DNA of 64,000 nt from Candidatus Bathyarchaeota archaeon. GTDB taxonomy: Archaea; Thermoproteota; Bathyarchaeia; Bathyarchaeales; DTEX01. The notes beneath the pieces are model-generated. The model had not been told where the DNA came from, made no database searches, and worked only from the letters and a program-made list of their open reading frames with translations. Where the stretch lies: assembly GCA_018396655.1 (NCBI GenBank), contig JAGTQF010000002.1, positions 5,962-69,961 of the forward strand. The letters run 5' to 3'. Positions 26,248 to 36,429 of the stretch are shown in pieces. Every line of letters begins with the position of its first letter. The first letter of the stretch is position 1. A program made the position numbers and the translations under genes.

Positions 26248-29200
26248 GCTATCCCCCTAAATGTTGTCGAGATAACATGCGATATTCCATTCTGACCGTA
26301 AACACCATATATCCTATCGGCCTTGCTAATCATTTCAGGCTTTAAAGTTATGACTATAAATTGGAGCTGGGATTTGGAGACTTCCTCAGCGAGTAGCTCA
26401 CCAAGTCTCTCCACATGGAATGCGTCTAAATGTGCATCTATCTCATCAAATAGGTAGAAGGATGCTGGCGAAAACTCTTGTAGCGCAAAGAGGAATGCAA
26501 CGGCCGAGACGGACCTCTCACCGCTGCTGGCTCCACTAACAAGTATGGGCGGCTTGCCCGGAAATTGAACTATCATATCAACTCCACCGGCGAACGGGTT
26601 CTCTGGGTTCTCCAGCTTTAGGGATGCGCTTCCACCACCAGTCAGTCTAGAGAAGTATCCATTTATCCTCTCGTTAATCTTATTGAATGCTTCCATGAAG
26701 ACCTCGCGTTTCTTCCGCTCAATCTCATCGATGAACTTTAGAATCGCCATCTTCTCCTTTTCAAGCTCATTCAGCCTAATTGAGAGCTCTTTATATCTTG
26801 AGGCTTGCTCCTCATACTGCGATTCAGCCAGCTGATTCACAAGACCTATGCGCTCAATCTCATCCCTCATAATCTTTAGCTGCAAATCAATATTTAGGAT
26901 TGCGGCAGAATCACCTCGAGTTTCAATTGGATGCTCATAACCGAGCGTCTTAAGCCGCTCCATGTGGCGGCTCATCTGAAGATTTATCGACTGAATCTTA
27001 AGCCTCAGCTCATTGAGCAGCCTCATTCCACTCTCATACTCTCTATCGAGCTTAGCGAGCTCAGCGTCTAACGCGTCTATCTCAGACGTGTATTTCTCGA
27101 CCCTCTCCCTAGCACCCATAAGCTCCCTAGATATCTCATCCCTAACCCCCTCAAGCTCCCCAATCCTCCTCAGTACCTCATCCCTTTCCTTAATTGACTC
27201 TGTAATATCCTTTTCTATGCTCAGTATTCTACTCGAGACATCCTCCATCTGAGCCGCTAGGCTTTCAAGGCTCCTTCTCAAAACATTCTCCACTTTAGAC
27301 TTTAGAGTTAGGATTTCAGACTCAACGCTTCCATATTTCCGCCTTAGGGCCATTATATCCTGCGCTATTGCCTCACGCTGTGAGTCAGCGTCATGTATCT
27401 TAAGTAGGCTTATTTCGTTCCTCAATCGTTCAAGTTCAGCGCTTAGAGCTTTCTCAGCCTCCTCAATCTCCCTTAATTTCGCATTAAACGAGGCTAATTG
27501 ATTCCTATCGCGCTCTATCCAGCTTGATATTTCAGCGATAGTCCTCTCAGCGTGCTCCATGTTCTGTTCTGCTTGTGATATGCTTCTCTTAACCCTCTCA
27601 ACCTCGCTCTCAAGTTTCCCAATGGATTCAGAGAGCCTAGCAATATCATCCTGGACTTTAAATATTTCACCCTCTATCTCAGCGATTATGCTCCCTCTGT
27701 TATCTAGGTAGCCCTTCAACGTTTTAACAGCCCTCTCAAGATTTTTCAGGGCTTCATCGCTTGGAATAAATGACGATAAATCTATTTGGGCTCTGTAGAA
27801 CCCGCTCTCAACACCCCCACCAGCCTCATAAAGGTCTCCGCTTAGGGTGACAACGCGTATACCTTCCTTCGAGGCTCTTAGCGCTGCATCATCGTTTAGG
27901 GCTATTAGCGTATCGCCCAAAACGAAGTTTACTGCTGGCATATATTGGCTCTCGCACTCAATAAATGAGGAGACCCTATCGCCTAAACCCTCGATGCTGG
28001 TGGCTTTAAGAGTGTTGGCAGCGCTGCTGTTATTTGGCGAAAGCCCCTTTAGCGGTATTATCTTAACCCTACCCAGCTTCATTCTCTTCAGAGTTTCTAT
28101 ACATGTGAATGCAACATTCAAGTCCTCCACAACAAGCGCGTCAAGCCACCCGGAGGCTGCAGCCTCAATAGCCCTCTCATAGCCCCTCTTAACCTTCACT
28201 AAATTCTTTAGCCTTCCATGTATGCCGTTTATGACGCCTAGGGCTCCAAGCTCCTCAAGACTCCTTAACGCAATCTCCTCAGACTTGATTTTGCTTATTA
28301 GGTCCTTCTGCGCCCCAAACTCTATTAGGACTTCTTTAGCAGACTCAGCAATCCTCTCGGCCTCCTTAATCTCCTTCTCCAGTAGGGCTCTGCGACGCCT
28401 CTGCCTTTCTAATGTCGCCTGAAGATTTTTCATCTGCTCCCTCTGGCCGTTCAGTATCTCCTCAAGCTTAAGCAATGACTCGCGGAGCTTCTCACATGAT
28501 GCCTTTAAATCTTCCTTCTTAGCCTTTACATCCTCAATCCTCTGCAGGTATACGCCTATCCTAGAGTTGATTCTGGCATATTCGCTCTCAATTGAAATCT
28601 TCTCCCTATGTAGCTGGTTTAATTGCTCCTCAATCTCGTTAGCTCTTCTCGCCCTCTCCTCAAATATTGCCCTTACCTTATTAATCTCGCCGGATATGGA
28701 ATTGTAGAGGGCTTGCTTATCGCTAATCTCCTTACCAATCTGCTCTAGGATGGCGCTCAGCTGTCTTATCTTCCCCTCAGCCTCCTCAATCTCCGCCCTA
28801 ACCGACTCAGACTGCTTCTGAAGATTCTCCCTAAGCCTCATAAGTCTCTCAATATCGGCTTTCCCGCCCTCAATCCCTGCCGTTAGCTCATTAAGCCTAG
28901 ACCTTAAGTTGCTAATGCCCATCTGAATCTCAAGTATGCGGTTTCGCTTAGCTTCAGCCTCATCGAAGCCAAGTCTTCTCAGCTCATTTTCCAGCTCACG
29001 GCGCCTGAGCCTAAGATTCTCTCTGCGCTCCGCTAGATGCCTATTCCTCTCCTCTAAATCCGCTGCCTCTTGAGCTGCCCTATTTGCCTCGAGTTCAAGG
29101 GACTTTAATTCATTGGATATTTTTATCGATTCAAGCCTGGCCATCTCCCTCCTAAGAATATTGTAGCGCATGAGGTTGTTCCGCTCCCTTTCCAGGTCCT

Positions 29201-29813
29201 CAAGCCTCCTTTGAACCTCACTTATCTGTCCAAGAGCGGCCTTTATAGCCACCTCAGCCTCCTTGAGCTTTGCCTCAGCCTCTGCCTTCTCGGCATCATA
29301 CTGTGCTATTCCAAGCATATCCTCAATGATTTTTCTTCGCTCCTGCGTTGATATTTCAGCCATACGTGTGAGCGTGCCCTGCAATACGATGTTATGCCCG
29401 TATGGGCTTATACCCGCAACCGAAAGGACCTCTAAAAGGTGGTTTCTCGGAACCCTCCTCCCATTTATCCTATATATGCTTTCACCTTTCTGGTCTATTT
29501 CACGCGCAATAGTAACCGTAGATGTCTCAACGGGTATACGCCCATCCGAATTATCAAATTGGATTACAACCTTCGCCTCGCTCTTTCTTATGCCCGATTT
29601 CTCCCCACCATTAAATATGAGGTTTGAGAAGTTCTCGGCCCTAAGCCTCTTAGCGCTTAACTCACCTAGACAGAAGAGAATAGCATCTATAATGTTGGTT
29701 TTACCGCTACCATTTGGTCCAGTTATTACGGTAAATCCCCTATCAAATGTCAGTGTTGTCTTTATGCCGAACGTCTTGAAGCCGTTTATCTCTATACGCT
29801 TAATATATGGCAT
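26244..29813 (-). CDS. smc: chromosome segregation ATPase SMC
   Basis: Walker A GPNGSGKTNI, a hinge region (GIHGRLKNLV...), long coiled coils, signature LSGGE (VSGASSGERS region) and Walker B LFDEIDAHLD. Confidence 0.95.
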   Translation of the reverse strand: MPYIKRIEINGFKTFGIKTTLTFDRGFTVITGPNGSGKTNIIDAILFCLGELSAKRLRAENFSNLIFNGGEKSGIRKSEAKVVIQFDNSDGRIPVETSTVTIAREIDQKGESIYRINGRRVPRNHLLEVLSVAGISPYGHNIVLQGTLTRMAEISTQERRKIIEDMLGIAQYDAEKAEAEAKLKEAEVAIKAALGQISEVQRRLEDLERERNNLMRYNILRREMARLESIKISNELKSLELEANRAAQEAADLEERNRHLAERRENLRLRRRELENELRRLGFDEAEAKRNRILEIQMGISNLRSRLNELTAGIEGGKADIERLMRLRENLQKQSESVRAEIEEAEGKIRQLSAILEQIGKEISDKQALYNSISGEINKVRAIFEERARRANEIEEQLNQLHREKISIESEYARINSRIGVYLQRIEDVKAKKEDLKASCEKLRESLLKLEEILNGQREQMKNLQATLERQRRRRALLEKEIKEAERIAESAKEVLIEFGAQKDLISKIKSEEIALRSLEELGALGVINGIHGRLKNLVKVKRGYERAIEAAASGWLDALVVEDLNVAFTCIETLKRMKLGRVKIIPLKGLSPNNSSAANTLKATSIEGLGDRVSSFIECESQYMPAVNFVLGDTLIALNDDAALRASKEGIRVVTLSGDLYEAGGGVESGFYRAQIDLSSFIPSDEALKNLERAVKTLKGYLDNRGSIIAEIEGEIFKVQDDIARLSESIGKLESEVERVKRSISQAEQNMEHAERTIAEISSWIERDRNQLASFNAKLREIEEAEKALSAELERLRNEISLLKIHDADSQREAIAQDIMALRRKYGSVESEILTLKSKVENVLRRSLESLAAQMEDVSSRILSIEKDITESIKERDEVLRRIGELEGVRDEISRELMGARERVEKYTSEIDALDAELAKLDREYESGMRLLNELRLKIQSINLQMSRHMERLKTLGYEHPIETRGDSAAILNIDLQLKIMRDEIERIGLVNQLAESQYEEQASRYKELSIRLNELEKEKMAILKFIDEIERKKREVFMEAFNKINERINGYFSRLTGGGSASLKLENPENPFAGGVDMIVQFPGKPPILVSGASSGERSVSAVAFLFALQEFSPASFYLFDEIDAHLDAFHVERLGELLAEEVSKSQLQFIVITLKPEMISKADRIYGVYGQNGISHVISTTFRGIA

Positions 29814-29903
29814 CCCTTAAGTTCACCATCATCGCTGCCACACTATAGCGTAAATACCATCCTTTAAGCATGAAGCTTAGATGGATGCCAACCTAAACCC
29901 TAA

Positions 29904-30527
29904 CTACCCCTTTTTACTTTCCCGTACTTCCGAAGCCATCCTCTTAATGAAGCCCCTAACAGCCTCCTCATCACCATAAACGAGCGCATATCCATCCTCC
30001 TCAACTCTATACTTTAATCCAAACTCCTCCGCAACCCTTCTAATCAAATCAAGGGGGGTTTCATCACTCAACTGAACCCTAACCCACCTCTCCCCCCTCG
30101 GCAATCCGGGATGGAACCTAACCTGAAACTCGGGCTCCATACCACTAGCCTCTAGCTCACAGAGCCTCCTTAATACATCCTCCACATATTTATCGCCAAA
30201 CCTAACTTTAGCTGCTGAAAGAACATAAGACTCAACATTACTCAAATACTCCTCTAAGCGCGATATATTCTCCGGGCGCAACATATCAGCCCTAACTATC
30301 TCGATCATAGTCTTCGCAAGGCGCAAATCATTAATCACATTATATGGTATGCTTTCGCCGCTCCTACGGAGCTCTGTAATTACGTTAGCTAAAATCCTCC
30401 AGCGCGCCTCCCAACCCATCGCATATACCTCATAAACCAGATATTTAGGCGATTGAACAATAAATTTATCGGCTAAAACAAGGTAAGCATGTATCAAATC
30501 CGCATAAATAATAGAATGAGTTGGCAC
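29904..30527 (-). CDS. conserved-looking hypothetical protein (helical N-domain plus small alpha/beta C-domain)
   Basis: 207-aa ORF with no motif I can name. Located between smc and the SAMP-like gene. Confidence 0.55.
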   Translation of the reverse strand: MPTHSIIYADLIHAYLVLADKFIVQSPKYLVYEVYAMGWEARWRILANVITELRRSGESIPYNVINDLRLAKTMIEIVRADMLRPENISRLEEYLSNVESYVLSAAKVRFGDKYVEDVLRRLCELEASGMEPEFQVRFHPGLPRGERWVRVQLSDETPLDLIRRVAEEFGLKYRVEEDGYALVYGDEEAVRGFIKRMASEVRESKKG

Positions 30528-30736
30528 ATATCATCCCCACATAATCAAGGATGTTAATTCAGTTCATAAATATCCATTTCTAATATGCCAATCTACACAT
30601 AGCACATAAAACAATCAAGAGGAGAGAGGGGGAGGCTAACCAGAAGATAGGGAGGTATCAACATGCCACAATATATTTAGGAAAAGCATAGGGAAAGCTT
30701 AAATTGTTTTTCAAAATAAGATTTCCTTGAGTGCCC

Positions 30737-31021
30737 ATGAGGGTTAAGGTCACCTACTTAGGCGTAGTCCGACATAAAGTGGGCATAAATGAGGAGGAAT
30801 TCGTGCTGCCCGAAGGCTCTACACTAAAAGATTTATTCATGAAAATTGCTGACGCACATGATGCGCTCAAAGATTTAATCGGTGGATTAAGCGAGAGCCC
30901 TGTCGACCCAACATTAATAGTGACCCTAAATGGCTTGGCGATAAATCTGACTAGCATAAGTGAAATAACGCTTAAGGATGGTGATGTCTTAGCCCTCATG
31001 ACGGTTATTGGTGGCGGATGA
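30737..31021 (+). CDS. MoaD/ThiS-family beta-grasp protein with a C-terminal Gly-Gly (SAMP/Urm1-like)
   Basis: MRVKVTYLGVV...LKDGDVLALMTVIGGG-stop. MoaD-like length and a diglycine terminus. ATG 30737 preferred to GTG 30731. Confidence 0.7.
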   Translation: MRVKVTYLGVVRHKVGINEEEFVLPEGSTLKDLFMKIADAHDALKDLIGGLSESPVDPTLIVTLNGLAINLTSISEITLKDGDVLALMTVIGGG

Positions 31022-31032
31022 GGGGAAAATTC

Positions 31033-31081
31033 TTATAAATAAGCATGTATTTTTGTTTTCACCAAACAACAGTATAATATT
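31033..31081 (+). promoter_or_regulatory. AT-rich TATA-like boxes upstream of the ribosomal-protein operon
   Basis: ttataaataa (31033-31042) and gtataatatt (31072-31081) precede the L22 GTG at 31094. No experimental support. Confidence 0.3.
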
Positions 31082-31093
31082 GGTGGACAGCCC

Positions 31094-31564
31094 GTGCCAG
31101 AATGGGGATATTCCATCGTGGGTCTCGACCCAGCCAACACAGCCAAGGCTAGTGGCAGAGAGCTTAGAATATCGCCTAAAGCGGCTAGGGAGATATGCGC
31201 CGCAATAAAAGGCATGATGCTTGATGAGGCAAAAGAATATTTAAGGCAGGTTATAGCCAAGAAGAAGGCTGTTCCATTTAGGCGATACAAAAAGAAGCTA
31301 CCACATAGGCGGGGACTACAGAAGGCTATGGCTGGCAGATATCCAGTTAAGGCTGCCGCTAAAATTCTTGAAGTTCTTGAAAGCGCCGAAGCTAACGCGG
31401 AATACAAGGGACTAGATGTTGAAAGGCTAAAGATTATTCATGCCGCAGCCTATCCGGGCGCCAAAATAAGAAGGTATATGCCCCGAGCCTTTGGTAGAGC
31501 AACGCCGAAGTTCGAGACCCTATGCCATGTCGAAATAGCCCTTGAGCAGATTAAAGAGGGATGA
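31094..31564 (+). CDS. rpl22: 50S ribosomal protein L22 (uL22)
   Basis: MPEWGYSIVGLDPANTAKASGRELRISPKAAREICAAIKGM matches the archaeal uL22 N-terminus. GTG start. Confidence 0.9.
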   Translation: MPEWGYSIVGLDPANTAKASGRELRISPKAAREICAAIKGMMLDEAKEYLRQVIAKKKAVPFRRYKKKLPHRRGLQKAMAGRYPVKAAAKILEVLESAEANAEYKGLDVERLKIIHAAAYPGAKIRRYMPRAFGRATPKFETLCHVEIALEQIKEG

Positions 31565-31568
31565 GATT

Positions 31569-32210
31569 ATGCCATTCATTAAACACTTTGTTAATGAGAC
31601 AATAAGGAAGGCTGAGATAGACGAGTTTCTCTGGAAAGAGTTCGAGCGGGCTGGTTATGGTGGGGTTAATATAACCAAGACTCCGCTCGGCACAAACGTA
31701 GTTATATATGCTATGCGCCCAGGCTTCATTATTGGTCGTGGTGGAGAAACAATAAAAAGTCTCGCTAAAATTCTTGAAGAGAAGTTCAATCTTCCAAATC
31801 CACAAATTTCAGTAGCTGAGATAGAAGTCCCGGAATTAAACCCATATGTTATGGCATCTAGAATAGCCGCCGCGCTCCGTCGCGGAGTCCACTTTAGAAG
31901 AGTTGGCTTCTGGGCGTTGAATCAAATAATGAATGCAGGCGCGCTAGGAGCTGAAATAATCATTAGCGGCAAACTTAGAACTGAGAGGGCTAGGGCTGAG
32001 AAGTTTAGGGACGGCTATATTCCCAAGAGTGGGGAGCCAGCTATGAAGTATGTTAAGAAAGCTGTTGCGCACGTCCAGCTTAAGCCCGGCATATTCGGCG
32101 TTAAAGTTCTTATAGTCTCGCCGGAAGCCAAGTTCCCGGATGAAGTTGAAATCTTAGAGGGAGAGGCCAAGGGAGCTGAGGAGGCCGCTACAGAGGCAGA
32201 GGAGTCTTAA
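31569..32210 (+). CDS. rps3: 30S ribosomal protein S3 (uS3)
   Basis: KH domain PGFIIGRGGETIKSL and GAEIIISGKL. ATG 31569 lies just after the L22 stop. Confidence 0.95.
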   Translation: MPFIKHFVNETIRKAEIDEFLWKEFERAGYGGVNITKTPLGTNVVIYAMRPGFIIGRGGETIKSLAKILEEKFNLPNPQISVAEIEVPELNPYVMASRIAAALRRGVHFRRVGFWALNQIMNAGALGAEIIISGKLRTERARAEKFRDGYIPKSGEPAMKYVKKAVAHVQLKPGIFGVKVLIVSPEAKFPDEVEILEGEAKGAEEAATEAEES

Positions 32211-32226
32211 TTTGGGGGTAAGACCT

Positions 32227-32436
32227 TTGGCCATTCTGAGGATGAAGGAGATTAGAAATATGTCCCGTGAGGAGCGCGAGAAAAAGCTGGCTGAACTACG
32301 CTCTGAGCTCGCCAGATTAAGGACTATGGTTAAGGCTGGCGGAGCTGTTGAGAAGCCGGCCAGAATTAGGGAGATTAGGAGGACAATAGCCCGCATACTA
32401 ACAGTCAATAACGAGGAGGATAAGGGGGCGAAATGA
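32227..32436 (+). CDS. rpl29: 50S ribosomal protein L29 (uL29)
   Basis: With TTG 32227 the N-terminus reads M-AILRMKEIRNMSREEREKKLAELRSEL, matching the archaeal MAILR..ELR.MS consensus. PARIREIRRTIARILTV is present. Confidence 0.85.
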   Translation: MAILRMKEIRNMSREEREKKLAELRSELARLRTMVKAGGAVEKPARIREIRRTIARILTVNNEEDKGAK

Positions 32437-32717
32437 AGAATCTATCCAGCATTCTCCAAGATGAGTTTATTGGCTTAAAGCTTAAGGTTATTAGAAGCAC
32501 GAACCCAACATGCATCGGCTTATCTGGAAAAGTTATAGATGAAACACGAAACACATTTAAAATACTCACTAGAAATGGGGAAGAAAAAACCCTAATTAAA
32601 GAGAATTGTGTTTTCCACTTCACCCTACCAGATAAGACAATTATTGAAGTTGATGGTAAAGTTTTAATTGGTCGGCCCGAAGATAGGGTTAAAAGAATAA
32701 TTAGGAGACGCTGGTAA
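32433..32717 (+). CDS. rnp1: RNase P protein component 1 (Rpp29/Pop4)
   Basis: [33 protein letters not shown] ... GRPEDRVKR. Canonical position between L29 and S17, with an ATGA overlap. Confidence 0.85.
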   Translation: MKNLSSILQDEFIGLKLKVIRSTNPTCIGLSGKVIDETRNTFKILTRNGEEKTLIKENCVFHFTLPDKTIIEVDGKVLIGRPEDRVKRIIRRRW

Positions 32718-33034
32718 TGTCGCTGGAGACCATTAAGAAACCGGAGAAAACGTGTAATGATCCAAACTGCCCCTTCCACGGCTCCTTAAAGATTAGGGGC
32801 CGGATACTTGAGGGTGTTGTTGTTAGCGCAAAGATGGATAAAACTGTCATCGTTAGGCGCGACTACGTTAAATATGTGCCTAAATACAAGCGTTATGAGC
32901 GGAGGCACAGCCGCATACCAGCCCATAATCCACCATGCATAAACGCAACTGAGAACGATATTGTTAAAATAGCTGAATGTAGACCAATAAGCAAGACAGT
33001 CTCATTCGTAGTAATAGAGAAGATGGAGAAGTGA
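32717..33034 (+). CDS. rps17: 30S ribosomal protein S17 (uS17)
   Basis: [34 protein letters not shown] ... [13 protein letters not shown]. Confidence 0.9.
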   Translation: MSLETIKKPEKTCNDPNCPFHGSLKIRGRILEGVVVSAKMDKTVIVRRDYVKYVPKYKRYERRHSRIPAHNPPCINATENDIVKIAECRPISKTVSFVVIEKMEK

Positions 33035-33041
33035 TTGGAAA

Positions 33042-33482
33042 ATGGCTGCTAAAGCAAAGACTAGAGGTTTACAGGCCAAGGGTGTTGGAAAACCAAAGGT
33101 GAAGATAAGTAGGGGAGTTAATGTAGGCGCGCTAATCAAGTGCACCGATAATTCAGGAGCCAAAATTCTCAGAGTAGTTCAGGTTTTGGGATACAAGGGT
33201 AGACATAGGAGGGTTCCAGCAGCATCGGTTGGCGACGCGATAGTAGTCTCCGTTAGGAAGGGAACCCCAGACATGCGGAAAAAGCTCTTCCACGCGGTCC
33301 TGGTTAGACAAAGAAAACCCTATAGGCGCCCGGAGGGCGTGTGGGTTCAGTTTGAGGACAACGCAGCTGTTATCATAACGCCAGAGGGTGAGATGCGCGG
33401 GTCAGAGATACGCGGTCCGGTCGCTAGGGAGGCTGCCGAGAGATGGCCTAGAATAGCCAGTGCCGCCAGCATAATAATATAG
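33042..33482 (+). CDS. rpl14: 50S ribosomal protein L14 (uL14)
   Basis: [16 protein letters not shown] ... [11 protein letters not shown] ... [20 protein letters not shown]. Confidence 0.95.
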   Translation: MAAKAKTRGLQAKGVGKPKVKISRGVNVGALIKCTDNSGAKILRVVQVLGYKGRHRRVPAASVGDAIVVSVRKGTPDMRKKLFHAVLVRQRKPYRRPEGVWVQFEDNAAVIITPEGEMRGSEIRGPVAREAAERWPRIASAASIII

Positions 33483-33493
33483 GGGGATTATAT

Positions 33494-33922
33494 GTGAGAA
33501 GCGTATCCGCCAAGCCCAGCAAGCAGAGAAAGATGCTCTATCAGGCGCCCTATCATATTCTTGGAAAGATTTTATCCGCCCACCTATCTGAAGAGCTTAG
33601 GAAAACCTATAGAACTAGGTCTCTTCCGGTGAGAACAGGTGACACAGTTAGGGTCCTTAGAGGGGACTATAAAGGTGTTGAAGGAAAGGTTATGAGGGTT
33701 GATAGGAAGAAGTATCGCGTATTTATTGAGGGCATAACCCGCGAGAAAGCCGACGGAACAACAATACTTGTTCCAATCCACCCATCAAAGGTTGAGATTA
33801 CACGTCTAAACCTAGATGATGAGCTTAGGAAAAGAATATTAGAGAGAAGAGGCCTTATTAAGGAAACTGCAAAGGAGATTGAAGCCCCAGCTCAATCCCC
33901 AGCTAAAGCCGAGGGTGAGTGA
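33494..33922 (+). CDS. rpl24: 50S ribosomal protein L24 (uL24)
   Basis: KOW motif VRTGDTVRVLRGDYKGVEGKV. GTG start. Confidence 0.9.
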   Translation: MRSVSAKPSKQRKMLYQAPYHILGKILSAHLSEELRKTYRTRSLPVRTGDTVRVLRGDYKGVEGKVMRVDRKKYRVFIEGITREKADGTTILVPIHPSKVEITRLNLDDELRKRILERRGLIKETAKEIEAPAQSPAKAEGE

Positions 33923-33929
33923 ATAAATA

Positions 33930-34709
33930 ATGGGCAAGATGGGTGGTAGTAGACACCTCAAGCGTGAGGCAACACCCGAATTCTGGCCCATACACAGGAA
34001 GAAACATGTTTGGGCCCTTAAGCCTAGCCCAGGCCCTCATCCAATTGAACGGTGTATACCGCTTGGAATTATTGTGCGCGACCTTCTGGGCTTCGCTAAA
34101 ACGATGAGAGAAGCCAAGAAGATAATAGCGCAGGGAAAGATTCTTGTCGATGGAAGGATTAGGTGTGATGAACACTTCCCAGTTGGATTAATGGATGTTC
34201 TCTCAATACCTGAAATAAATGCGTATTATAGGGTTCTCCCATATGAGAAGGGTTTAATCCTTCACAAAATAGACCGTGAAGAAGCCGAATATAAGATTTG
34301 CAGAATCGAAGATAAGACAACTATTGATGGAGGGCATATCCAACTTAACCTTCACGACGGAAGAAACATATTCATACGCAGTGAGGACCAAAGTAATCCC
34401 GCAGGAAACATATACAAAACACTCGATACGTTAAAGATAAGTTTACCAGACCAAAGTATTCTTGAGCATTTAAGGCTAAATTTGGGTATGATGGCTATAA
34501 TTGTCGATGGAGAGAACATTGGAAAGTATGGTTTCATTAAAGCTATAGAAGAGATTGAGGGACAGAAGAGACGGAGAAATCTTGTGACAATAGAAGATGA
34601 GAAAGGGCAGGCATATCAAACAATTTTAGATTATGTCTTTGTAATTGGCGACAGAACACCAAGAATATCCCTACCCAAACCGGTGGAGGAGACGTATGCT
34701 GTCAGCTAA
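33930..34709 (+). CDS. rps4e: 30S ribosomal protein S4e
   Basis: GGSRHLKREATPEFWPIHRKKHVWALKPSPGPH and GKILVDGRIRCDEHFPVGLMDVLSI. Confidence 0.95.
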   Translation: MGKMGGSRHLKREATPEFWPIHRKKHVWALKPSPGPHPIERCIPLGIIVRDLLGFAKTMREAKKIIAQGKILVDGRIRCDEHFPVGLMDVLSIPEINAYYRVLPYEKGLILHKIDREEAEYKICRIEDKTTIDGGHIQLNLHDGRNIFIRSEDQSNPAGNIYKTLDTLKISLPDQSILEHLRLNLGMMAIIVDGENIGKYGFIKAIEEIEGQKRRRNLVTIEDEKGQAYQTILDYVFVIGDRTPRISLPKPVEETYAVS

Positions 34710-35289
34710 GGCCATTGAGGACTTTAGGGTTAAGTGGCAAGAGAATCCGATGCTCAGGCCAAGAATAGAAAAGGTTGTCGTAAACTGTTCTGTTGGAAAA
34801 TCTGGTGAACCATTAGAGAAAGCCATGAAGATACTTGAGGAATTAACTGGGCAAAAACCATGTTTTAGAAGGGCCAAAAAGACTATTAGAGATTTCGGAA
34901 TAAGACGAAAAGAACCGATAGCTTGCCTAGTAACCCTTAGAGGTGAAAAGGCTGTAGATTTCCTTAAGAGGGCTTTGGAGGCTGTTGATAATAAGATTCC
35001 CGCGAGTTCCTTTGATAAATTTGGGAACTTCTCCTTTGGCATTAGGGAGCATATAGAGATACCGGGTACGAAGTATTCTCCAGAGCTGGGAATAATAGGA
35101 ATGGATGTCTGCGTATCCCTATGCAGACCGGGCTATAGGGTTAAATATAGGCGCAGAGCAAAATCTAAAGTCGGTTCAAAGCATAGGCTGACAGCTGAGG
35201 AAGCCATGGCATTTATGGCCGAGACATTTGGTGTTGAAATAACTCAAGAGAAGAGGGAGGAAAGAAAGGCTAGAAGGAGGAAGAAATAG
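34696..35289 (+). CDS. rpl5: 50S ribosomal protein L5 (uL5)
   Basis: NPMLRPRIEKVVVNCSVG ... FGIRRKEPIACLVTLRG ... GNFSFGIREHIEIPG. ATG 34696 overlaps the S4e end. Confidence 0.9.
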   Translation: MLSAKAIEDFRVKWQENPMLRPRIEKVVVNCSVGKSGEPLEKAMKILEELTGQKPCFRRAKKTIRDFGIRRKEPIACLVTLRGEKAVDFLKRALEAVDNKIPASSFDKFGNFSFGIREHIEIPGTKYSPELGIIGMDVCVSLCRPGYRVKYRRRAKSKVGSKHRLTAEEAMAFMAETFGVEITQEKREERKARRRKK

Positions 35290-35454
35290 ATGAGTAGCGA
35301 GAGCGGAAGGAAGGAGCGGAAATTCGGCAAAGGAAGTAGACCGTGCCGTAGATGCGGCTCTTATGGGCCAATAATAAGGAAGTATGGATTAAATCTCTGC
35401 CGCCAATGCTTTAGAGAGGTAGCTGAAAAACTGGGCTTTAAGAAATATAATTGA
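35290..35454 (+). CDS. rps14: 30S ribosomal protein S14 (uS14, zinc-binding type)
   Basis: Hand-translated 54-aa ORF missing from the track: [54 protein letters not shown], with CxxC...CxxC. Confidence 0.9.
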   Translation: MSSESGRKERKFGKGSRPCRRCGSYGPIIRKYGLNLCRQCFREVAEKLGFKKYN

Positions 35455-35468
35455 TGGAGGGTTATCAA

Positions 35469-35858
35469 ATGAACATGGACACGATAGCAAATGGCTTGAC
35501 AACAATAATGAATAATGAGATGAGGCGGAAGAAAGAGTGCTATATAATGCCAGCCTCCAAGCTTCTAGGTAATGTTCTCCGAGTCATGCAGATGAATGGG
35601 TATATTGGAGAGTTCGAGTTTATTGACGATGGGAGAACTGGCAAATTCAGGGTCCAGCTACTAGGTAGAATAAACAAATGCGGGGCCATAAGGCCCAGAT
35701 TCTCATTTAAGGCTAAGGAGCTTGAGAATTGGGAGAAAACTTACCTGCCTTCTAGAGATATGGGCATACTCATAGTTACAACATCACAGGGCGTCATGTC
35801 CCATCACGAAGCAAAGAAGAGGGGTATTGGAGGAAAGCTCCTAGCCTACGTATATTAA
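35469..35858 (+). CDS. rps8: 30S ribosomal protein S8 (uS8)
   Basis: [54 protein letters not shown] lies 7 nt upstream of ATG 35469. Confidence 0.9.
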   Translation: MNMDTIANGLTTIMNNEMRRKKECYIMPASKLLGNVLRVMQMNGYIGEFEFIDDGRTGKFRVQLLGRINKCGAIRPRFSFKAKELENWEKTYLPSRDMGILIVTTSQGVMSHHEAKKRGIGGKLLAYVY

Positions 35859-35881
35859 AAAGTGTTGGAGAGATTAGCCAT

Positions 35882-36427
35882 ATGCAGGAGATTGAGATTA
35901 GAAAGGTTAAGATTCCAGAGGGGGTCACGGTTAAGGTAGAGGGGAAAACCGTTGAGGTTATAGGTGAGAAGGGAAGATTGGTTAGAGACTTTTCCGGGCA
36001 TCCCGTAGAAATTCGCATCATTGGTGATGAGGTTGAAGTTTCAGCGGTATGGCCTAAGAGAAGGGAGAAAGCTTGTGTTGGAACAGTTGCGGCCCACATC
36101 AGGAATATGATTAGGGGTGCAACTAAGGGTTTTACATACAAGCTTAAGATTGTATTTGCACACTTCCCAATATCAGTTAAAATCAGCGGAGACAAGGTTT
36201 TAATAGAGAATTTCATGGGCGAAAGGGCTCCAAGGGTTGCGAAGATAGTCGGCAACACGAAGGTTACCGTTAAGGGTGATGATATAATAGTGCAGGGAAT
36301 AAATATTGAGGAGGTTAGTCAAACAGCCGCCAACATTGAGCAGGCAACAAAGATAAAAGATAGGGACCCACGTAGGTTCCTAGATGGCATATATATCTAT
36401 GAGAAGATGGAGGGACTAGCTAGTTGA
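35882..36427 (+). CDS. rpl6: 50S ribosomal protein L6 (uL6)
   Basis: IPEGVTVKVEGKTVEVIGEKG ... YKLKIVFAHFPISV pattern and operon position. Confidence 0.9.
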   Translation: MQEIEIRKVKIPEGVTVKVEGKTVEVIGEKGRLVRDFSGHPVEIRIIGDEVEVSAVWPKRREKACVGTVAAHIRNMIRGATKGFTYKLKIVFAHFPISVKISGDKVLIENFMGERAPRVAKIVGNTKVTVKGDDIIVQGINIEEVSQTAANIEQATKIKDRDPRRFLDGIYIYEKMEGLAS

Positions 36428-36429
36428 GT

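Noticed and set aside
26244-29813. Large conserved genes (smc, radA, infB, glyS, elp3, the topoisomerase fragment) were checked for inteins or internal insertions.
   Set aside because: Lengths and motif spacing are normal. No Hint-domain blocks or homing-endonuclease motifs were seen.
29263-29820. Other long antisense ORFs: 29263-29820 opposite smc, 45451-46023 opposite kdgK, 16094-16507 opposite the MFS gene, 31033-31407 and 35794-36258 opposite ribosomal genes, and 531-926 opposite radA.
   Set aside because: Each overlaps a gene with unambiguous conserved motifs on the other strand, and each translates to low-complexity S/L/P/A-rich sequence. They are shadow ORFs.
30663-30680. A five-codon mini-ORF MPQYI behind a strong GGGAGGT Shine-Dalgarno in the smc-side intergenic region.
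   Set aside because: It is too short to evaluate. The same AT-rich string (atatattta) is better explained as the TATA box of the SAMP-like gene about 55 nt downstream.
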